Below are positions 7,956-12,902 of a DNA stretch of 12,902 bases, one piece after another. The translations under genes and the position numbers were made by a program. The stretch's first letter is position 1, and each line of letters starts with the position of its first letter. The DNA is from a bacterium. GTDB taxonomy: Bacteria; Electryoneota; Electryoneia; Electryoneales; Electryoneaceae. The stretch covers positions 1-12,902 of the forward strand of contig JAZDLX010000162.1 in the NCBI GenBank assembly GCA_043801585.1, written 5' to 3'. A model generated the notes under the pieces. The model was not told the origin of the DNA and did not search any database. It saw nothing but the letters and a program-made list of their open reading frames with translations.

Positions 7956-9344
7956 TTAAGGCAGCACCTTCTTCGGGTTGAACCGGCCGAGGGGATCGAA
8001 GGCCGTTTTCATTGAGCGGAGAACCTCCAGTTCGTCTTCGCTGAACTGCAGCTCCATGTATTCATTCTTGGATGCCCCGATGCCATGTTCGCCGCTGATC
8101 GTCCCGCCCATCTCGACGACGGTCTTAAAACAAGCGAGAATTGCGTCATGTGCCCGTTTTCCCGCTTCAAGATCGGTGCGGTTGTACATCCCGTTCAGGT
8201 GCAGGTTGCCATCGCCGGCGTGTCCGTAGATCGGAATCATTACGTCATAGTGCTCCGAAATCTCAGCGCAAGCCCGGATCAAATCGCCGAGACGGCTGAT
8301 CGGTACGACGACATCCTCGTTCATCTTTCCATCCGCGAGCCGCGAAAGACTGGGAGAAATAAGACGCCGCAATTCCCACAACCGCTCTCGCTCCGAGATG
8401 TCCGCCGCGGCATGAATTTCCAGCGCCGACTGCTCCTCGAGGATCTCCGCAACACGGGCTGCTTCACGGTCGCAATCGTCACGGTCTCCGTCCGTTTCGA
8501 TCAGCAATGCGGCGCGGGTGCCCTCGGGGAAGGGGTAGGGGTCGTGTCCCGAGATCGCCCGGATCACCGCTTCATCCATGAACTCGAGCACACTCGGAAC
8601 GAGTTCGGGAAGAATCGTGTGGATTGCAGAAATGGCGCGGTAAGGGTCGTCAAAATGCGCAAGCAGAGTGCGTGTCGTTTTCGGTTGGGGAAGCAGTCCG
8701 AGCTGCGCCTCGACAATCAGTCCGAAGAGACCCTCCGAACCGACAAGCAACGGCGTCAGGTCAAACGGCTGGTCTGCATATCCAAGCGCACCCGTGGAGA
8801 TCAGTTCGCCATCAGGTGAGATGTAGCGCAGGCCGAGCACGTAGTCCTTGGTCGTGCCGTACTTGACACAGCGCAGTCCTCCGGCGTTCTCGGCGATGTT
8901 TCCGCCGATGCTGCTGATCCGGTAGCTCGATGGATCGGGAGGATAGAAGAGGCGGTGACGGCCCGCCGCAAGTTTGACTTCCTCGCAGGTCAGGCCGGTT
9001 TCGCACTGGATCCAACGCTGATTGACGTTGACCTCGCGGATGCGGCGAAGCTTCTCGGTGGCGATCACCATCCCGCCGCCGATGGGAACGGACCCGGCGG
9101 ACATGCCCGTCCCCTTGCCACGCGGGATCACCGGAACTCCGGCATCCGCGGCTGCACGGACCGCTTCGATGGTATCTTCGACGGATTCGGGAAGGACCAC
9201 CACATCCGGATCGTGATTGCCGGGGGGAGCCGTATAACTGGCGTCCACGGCGTACACCATCCGGTCCTCCTCGCGATCGAGGACTTTGCTCGCGCCGATA
9301 CGCCGTTTCAGTTTCCGCCAGGGGTCGGAGGAGAAAAAGAGCAC
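7956..9344 (-). CDS. FAD-linked oxidoreductase, GlcD / D-lactate dehydrogenase family
   Basis: Motifs PRGKGTGMSAG, YPPDPSS...SIGGNIAENAGG..CVKYG, GSEG, HAGDGNLH, SGEHGIG and FDPLGRFNPKK. Start placed at GTG 9344 after GGAG. Confidence 0.9.
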   Translation of the reverse strand: MLFFSSDPWRKLKRRIGASKVLDREEDRMVYAVDASYTAPPGNHDPDVVVLPESVEDTIEAVRAAADAGVPVIPRGKGTGMSAGSVPIGGGMVIATEKLRRIREVNVNQRWIQCETGLTCEEVKLAAGRHRLFYPPDPSSYRISSIGGNIAENAGGLRCVKYGTTKDYVLGLRYISPDGELISTGALGYADQPFDLTPLLVGSEGLFGLIVEAQLGLLPQPKTTRTLLAHFDDPYRAISAIHTILPELVPSVLEFMDEAVIRAISGHDPYPFPEGTRAALLIETDGDRDDCDREAARVAEILEEQSALEIHAAADISERERLWELRRLISPSLSRLADGKMNEDVVVPISRLGDLIRACAEISEHYDVMIPIYGHAGDGNLHLNGMYNRTDLEAGKRAHDAILACFKTVVEMGGTISGEHGIGASKNEYMELQFSEDELEVLRSMKTAFDPLGRFNPKKVLP

Positions 9345-9374
9345 GTCCACTCCGTTGATTGTCGCCTTTTGGAG

Positions 9375-9403
9375 AATATAGCGGTTGGGGAGGGGTGTCC
9401 CAA
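9375..9403 (-). promoter_or_regulatory. Candidate sigma70 promoter for the GlcD-like gene
   Basis: Minus strand reads TTGGGA (9403-9398), 17-nt spacer, TATATT (9380-9375). It overlaps a 9-bp-stem palindrome at 9381-9407. Confidence 0.45.
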
Positions 9404-9460
9404 CCGCGTTGTGCCTGTCCGGCGCCGCTGATCCAATCGAGACATTCCCCCCCAAGCCAT

Positions 9461-9489
9461 TTCCCAGACCGTCCAGAGTCCGCTACCTT
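9461..9489 (+). promoter_or_regulatory. Candidate promoter for leaderless radA mRNA
   Basis: TTCCCA (9461-9466), 17-nt spacer, TACCTT (9484-9489), ending 6 nt before ATG 9496. No SD is present. Confidence 0.45.
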
Positions 9490-9495
9490 CCCCGC

Positions 9496-10863
9496 ATGGC
9501 TAAACAGAAGACCCAGTATGTCTGCCAGTCCTGCGGCGCGGCGCAACCGCGCTGGCTGGGACGGTGCCCCGCCTGCGGAGCATGGAACACTTTCGCCGAG
9601 GAGAAGGTCGCCCCCTCGGCGTCATCGGGCGCGAGGGGACGTGGAGGCCGCAAATCCGAGAGGGTCGAACCGACGGTGCTCTCGGACATCGCACCGGACA
9701 AGTCGCCACGTCTTCCAAGCGGCATTGCGGAACTGGACCGTGTGCTCGGTGGGGGATTTGTCTCCGGCTCCACGGTGCTGGTCGGTGGTGACCCGGGAGT
9801 GGGCAAGTCCACGCTGATGCTGCAGGCGGCTGCCGAGATGGCCGCGAAAGGCGTTGGCGTGCTGTATGTCTCCGCCGAGGAAGCGCCGGGGCAGATCCGT
9901 CTTCGCTCCGACCGGCTCGAACTCCCCAGCCGAAACCTCCAGGTGCTCGGTGACGGCGACGCCGACGCCGCGCTCGCCTGGGCGGAGAAACTGAAACCGG
10001 GTCTGATCGTCGTCGACTCGATCCAGACCTGCCGCCGGGAGGAGTTCGACAGTGCACCCGGCACGGTGACACAGGTGCGAGAGGTCACTTCGCTGTGGTC
10101 CGATTTTGCCCACCGCACGGGTACGACGGTGACGCTGGTCGGGCATGTGACGAAGGAGGGTGCGGTTGCCGGACCCCGTGTCGTCGAGCACCTCGTGGAT
10201 GCCGTGCTGATGTTCGAGGGCGACAACCTTGGCAGCGTCCGTCTCCTGCGAACGTTGAAAAATCGTCACGGCCCCACCGGCGAACTGGGAGTGTTCGAGA
10301 TGACTGGAGGTGGTCTCTCCGGGATTTCCGATCCGAGCCGGAGGTTTGTCGCCATCCGGGAAACACCGGTGAGTGGAGTCGCTGTGGCTGCGGTGGTCCG
10401 TGGCAGTCGTCCGATGCTCATCGAAATCGAGGCTTTGGTCACCGCGAGCCTCTACGCGAGTCCCCAGCGGAATGGCACCGGCGTCGATCCCCGGCGCATG
10501 GCGATGTGGATCGCGGTGCTCGAAAAACGGGTTGGCCTCGGGCTCGCCGGGCGTGACGTTTTCCTCAATGCCACCGGCGGTGTCCGACTCGAGGACAGCG
10601 GCGCCGACCTTGCCGCCTGCGCGGCGATCTTCAGCAGCCTCCGCGACCGTCCCCTCACGGCAAACACCGTGTTGATCGGCGAAGTGGGGTTGACCGGAGA
10701 ACTCCGTGCGGTTCAGGCGATGGACCGCCGCCTTTCCGAAGCGGCTCACCTTTCACTGAAAACTGCAATTATTCCAGCAGGATGGAAGGGTGATGTGCCC
10801 AAGGGGTTAAAGGTAATTCCTGTGAAAACTTTGGAAGAAGCGCTAGAGGTAGCGTCGAATTAA
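9496..10863 (+). CDS. radA: DNA repair protein RadA/Sms
   Basis: N-terminal zinc finger CQSCG...CPACG, Walker A GDPGVGKST, Walker B VVDSIQT, GHVTKEG, KNRHG (canonical KNRFG) and Lon-like C-terminus with GEVGLTGELR. Confidence 0.97.
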   Translation: MAKQKTQYVCQSCGAAQPRWLGRCPACGAWNTFAEEKVAPSASSGARGRGGRKSERVEPTVLSDIAPDKSPRLPSGIAELDRVLGGGFVSGSTVLVGGDPGVGKSTLMLQAAAEMAAKGVGVLYVSAEEAPGQIRLRSDRLELPSRNLQVLGDGDADAALAWAEKLKPGLIVVDSIQTCRREEFDSAPGTVTQVREVTSLWSDFAHRTGTTVTLVGHVTKEGAVAGPRVVEHLVDAVLMFEGDNLGSVRLLRTLKNRHGPTGELGVFEMTGGGLSGISDPSRRFVAIRETPVSGVAVAAVVRGSRPMLIEIEALVTASLYASPQRNGTGVDPRRMAMWIAVLEKRVGLGLAGRDVFLNATGGVRLEDSGADLAACAAIFSSLRDRPLTANTVLIGEVGLTGELRAVQAMDRRLSEAAHLSLKTAIIPAGWKGDVPKGLKVIPVKTLEEALEVASN

Positions 10864-10866
10864 AAG

Positions 10867-10957
10867 AATTAAGGGGACACATTACTTAATTCATTTTTCG
10901 AACGTAAGTTCAATAACTGTGTTGGTGAATTGAATTAAGTAATGTGTCCCCTTAATT
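10867..10957. repeat. REP doublet (REPIN-like), class A, left: perfect 27-bp arms, 37-nt spacer
   Basis: AATTAAGGGGACACATTACTTAATTCA (10867-10893) is exactly inverted at 10931-10957. Confidence 0.95.
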
Positions 10958-10969
10958 ATGGAGGCGAAT

Positions 10970-11626
10970 ATGGCTCGTATTGCACGTGTTGTGGTCCCTG
11001 GGATTCCACATCATGTTCTCCAGCGCGGGAATAGAAGACAGCCGGTCTTTTTTACAGACCAGGATTATCGTTTCTACCTGTATCTGCTTCACAAAGAAAC
11101 GAAAAAAGCAAATGTGGAAATCTGGGCGTACTGCCTGATGCCCAACCATGTGCATCTGGTTCTGGTCCCCTCAGATACGGACGGCCTGCGGATGGCGTTG
11201 GCCGAAACACACCGGCAATACACGAAGGAGATTAACCGTCGCGAGGAATGGAGCGGTTATCTCTGGCAAGGTCGTTTCCAATCGTTTCCTATGGATGAAG
11301 CCTACCTTCTGCGAGCTGTCCGCTATATCGAACTGAATCCTGTTCGTGCCGGGATGACTGCGACGCCAGACTCCTATCCGTGGAGCAGTGCACGTGTGCA
11401 CCTTGGCCGCCTGAAGAACGATCTGATAAACATCGAGCCAATCGTGAGTCTGGTGGATGACTATGCAGGGTACCTGGCCGACGGGATTGATGACAAGGTA
11501 TTCGAACATCTCGAGCGTCATTTGTCGACAGGAAGGCCCCTTGGCGATACCACTTTCCTTGTACGTGTTGAGGAAATAACAGGTCGTAGTTTACTGAAGC
11601 ACAAACCTGGTCCAAAGAGGAGATAA
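10970..11626 (+). CDS. REP-associated tyrosine transposase (RAYT / TnpA-REP-like, HUH Y1 superfamily)
   Basis: Motifs MARIAR...PHHVLQRGNRRQPVF, AYCLMPNHVHL (HUH), LWQGRF, RYIELNPVRAG (catalytic Tyr) and YPWSS. SD GGAGG (10960-10964) precedes ATG 10970. No tnpB is present. Confidence 0.93.
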   Translation: MARIARVVVPGIPHHVLQRGNRRQPVFFTDQDYRFYLYLLHKETKKANVEIWAYCLMPNHVHLVLVPSDTDGLRMALAETHRQYTKEINRREEWSGYLWQGRFQSFPMDEAYLLRAVRYIELNPVRAGMTATPDSYPWSSARVHLGRLKNDLINIEPIVSLVDDYAGYLADGIDDKVFEHLERHLSTGRPLGDTTFLVRVEEITGRSLLKHKPGPKRR

Positions 11627-11715
11627 TTAAGGGGACACATTACTTAATTCGATTTCGACAGGTAACTTTATTATTTAAGCAGTAAAACCGAATTAAGTAA
11701 TGTGTCCCCTTAATT
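11625..11715. repeat. REP doublet (REPIN-like), class A, right: perfect 27-bp arms, 37-nt spacer
   Basis: AATTAAGGGGACACATTACTTAATTCG (11625-11651) is exactly inverted at 11689-11715. It overlaps the transposase stop codon. Confidence 0.95.
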
Positions 11716-11721
11716 CCAGTC

Positions 11722-12849
11722 ATGAAATTTACCATCACGGCAACCTCCGGACGTGCGCGGTGTGGCGTGATCGAAACCGATCACGGTTCCGTACAGACGC
11801 CCAACTTCATGTCCGTCGGCACGGTCGGCTCGGTCAAGGGAGTTGAGACCCGTGAACTGTTGGAACTCGGCGCGCAGATCACCCTCGCCAATGCCTACCA
11901 CCTTTACCTGCGACCAGGTACTGAGGTTCTCGAGAAGATGGGCGGGCTGCACAAATTCATGGCGTGGGACAGGCCGATTCTTGTGGACAGCGGTGGATTC
12001 CAGGTGTTCTCTCTAAGTGACTTTCGCAAGGTGAAGGAAGAGGGAGTCACTTTCCGCAGCCACATCGACGGCAGCAAGCACCTCTTTACCCCGGAAAAGG
12101 TGATCTCGATCCAGCGTTTCATTGGCGCTGATTTTATCATGCCACTCGACCATCTCGTCGGCTGGCCCGCGAAAGAAAAAGAGGCCGATGAGGCGGCGCA
12201 GCACACCTGGCGCTGGCTGGAACGTGGGATCAGTGCCTTCGAGAAGAGCGAACCGCTTTACGGACACGAGCAGACACTCCTGCCCATCGTCCAGGGGTCT
12301 TTCTACGAACCGCTGCGCCGGCGCGAGGCGGAACGTTACGCGGCGCTCGACGCCAAGGCCTACGCCATCGGCGGGTTGGCAGTGGGCGAGGAGGGATCTC
12401 TGACAAGGGAGGCGGTGGACATTGTGACCTCGATCCTCCCGGAAGACCGCTTCCGTTATTCCATGGGCGTCGGCAAACCGGAGGATCTGCTCGACCAGGT
12501 AGGGCGGGGAATCGATCTCTTCGACTGCGTGGTGCCGACGCGCAACGGCCGCAACGGAACGCTGTTCACGATGAGCGGCCGGATGAACATGCGCAACATG
12601 CGCTGGGCGACTGACGACCGCCCCGTCGAGGAAGGATGTCCCTGTCCAGCGTGCACTCAGTACAGCCGGGCGTACATCCGCCACCTCTACGTATCACAGG
12701 AACTGCTCGCGCTGAAACTCGGCAGCGTGCACAACCTCTCATTCTTCTACCGTCTGATGGGAGAAGCTCGCAATCACATTATGGCGGGAGACTACAGTTC
12801 ATGGGCGGCGCGAACGATTGAACGGATCACGCCTCTCTGCGAGGAGTAG
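11722..12849 (+). CDS. tgt: tRNA-guanine(34) transglycosylase
   Basis: Motifs TPNFMSVGT, NAYHLYLRPG, DSGGFQVFSL, GGLAVGE, MGVG and FDCVVPTRNGRNG, with zinc ligands CPCPAC...H. Confidence 0.97.
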   Translation: MKFTITATSGRARCGVIETDHGSVQTPNFMSVGTVGSVKGVETRELLELGAQITLANAYHLYLRPGTEVLEKMGGLHKFMAWDRPILVDSGGFQVFSLSDFRKVKEEGVTFRSHIDGSKHLFTPEKVISIQRFIGADFIMPLDHLVGWPAKEKEADEAAQHTWRWLERGISAFEKSEPLYGHEQTLLPIVQGSFYEPLRRREAERYAALDAKAYAIGGLAVGEEGSLTREAVDIVTSILPEDRFRYSMGVGKPEDLLDQVGRGIDLFDCVVPTRNGRNGTLFTMSGRMNMRNMRWATDDRPVEEGCPCPACTQYSRAYIRHLYVSQELLALKLGSVHNLSFFYRLMGEARNHIMAGDYSSWAARTIERITPLCEE

Positions 12850-12861
12850 CTCTCGAAAGGA

Positions 12862-12893
12862 AAATTAAAAAGGGGACACGTACCTTTTAATTT
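12862..12893. repeat. REP-like palindrome, class A'; a partner arm, if any, lies beyond the window
   Basis: 32/32 identical to 6996-7027. The stem extends to 12855-12900 and ends in a T-rich run, so it may double as the tgt terminator. Confidence 0.9.
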
Positions 12894-12902
12894 TCTTTTC
12901 AG

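Larger units (their letters stand above)
10866..11716. mobile_element. RAYT/REPtron-like cassette: HUH-Y1 transposase gene flanked by two REP doublets
   Basis: The termini are a perfect 27-bp inverted repeat (10866-10892 / 11690-11716). GC is lower than in the flanking genes and no target-site duplication is visible. Mobility itself is not demonstrated. Confidence 0.8.

Noticed and set aside
9345..9495. N-terminal extensions making radA (9385) and the GlcD-like ORF (9455) overlap
   Set aside because: Family homology begins at 9496 and near 9344. The interval holds candidate divergent promoters.
10970..11626. Canonical IS200/IS605 insertion sequence
   Set aside because: The protein is longer than IS200 TnpA and has the RAYT-type YIELNPVRAG/YPWSS C-terminal region. 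There is no tnpB, and the ends are symmetric repeat doublets.
10867..11715. CRISPR array (27-bp repeats with 37-nt spacers)
   Set aside because: The repeats alternate in orientation, occur only as pairs around a transposase, and no cas genes are present.
355..11715. Helical phasing of core-to-core distances in doublets (31, 53, 64, 64, 67 nt)
   Set aside because: Three distinct values differ by multiples of 11, but one does not and the sample is too small.

Overview
This is a GC-rich bacterial chromosomal window made mostly of housekeeping and metabolic genes. In order they are: the 3' end of a TolB/PD40 protein, a small ribbon-helix-helix-like gene, murQ, a membrane-anchored hypothetical, a glutaryl-CoA-type acyl-CoA dehydrogenase, a Cache-domain sensor, arginine deiminase, a membrane protein, a phosphodiester-glycosidase-like protein, a GlcD-like FAD oxidoreductase, radA and tgt. 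The striking feature is an HUH/Y1 REP-associated tyrosine transposase (RAYT/TnpA-REP-like) gene between radA and tgt. It is bracketed by two 91-bp inverted-repeat doublets built from four identical copies of AATTAAGGGGACACATTACTTAATTC. Related but diverged palindromic doublets lie beside stop codons elsewhere (355-416, 2406-2491, 6996-7097, and a single copy at 12862-12893 near the window edge). They lack the classical GTAG/CGTC REP tags, and most share a (GGG)GACA(C/G) core. Four doublets have different spacers of nearly constant length (36-38 nt). All calls come from reading motifs by eye; no searches were run.
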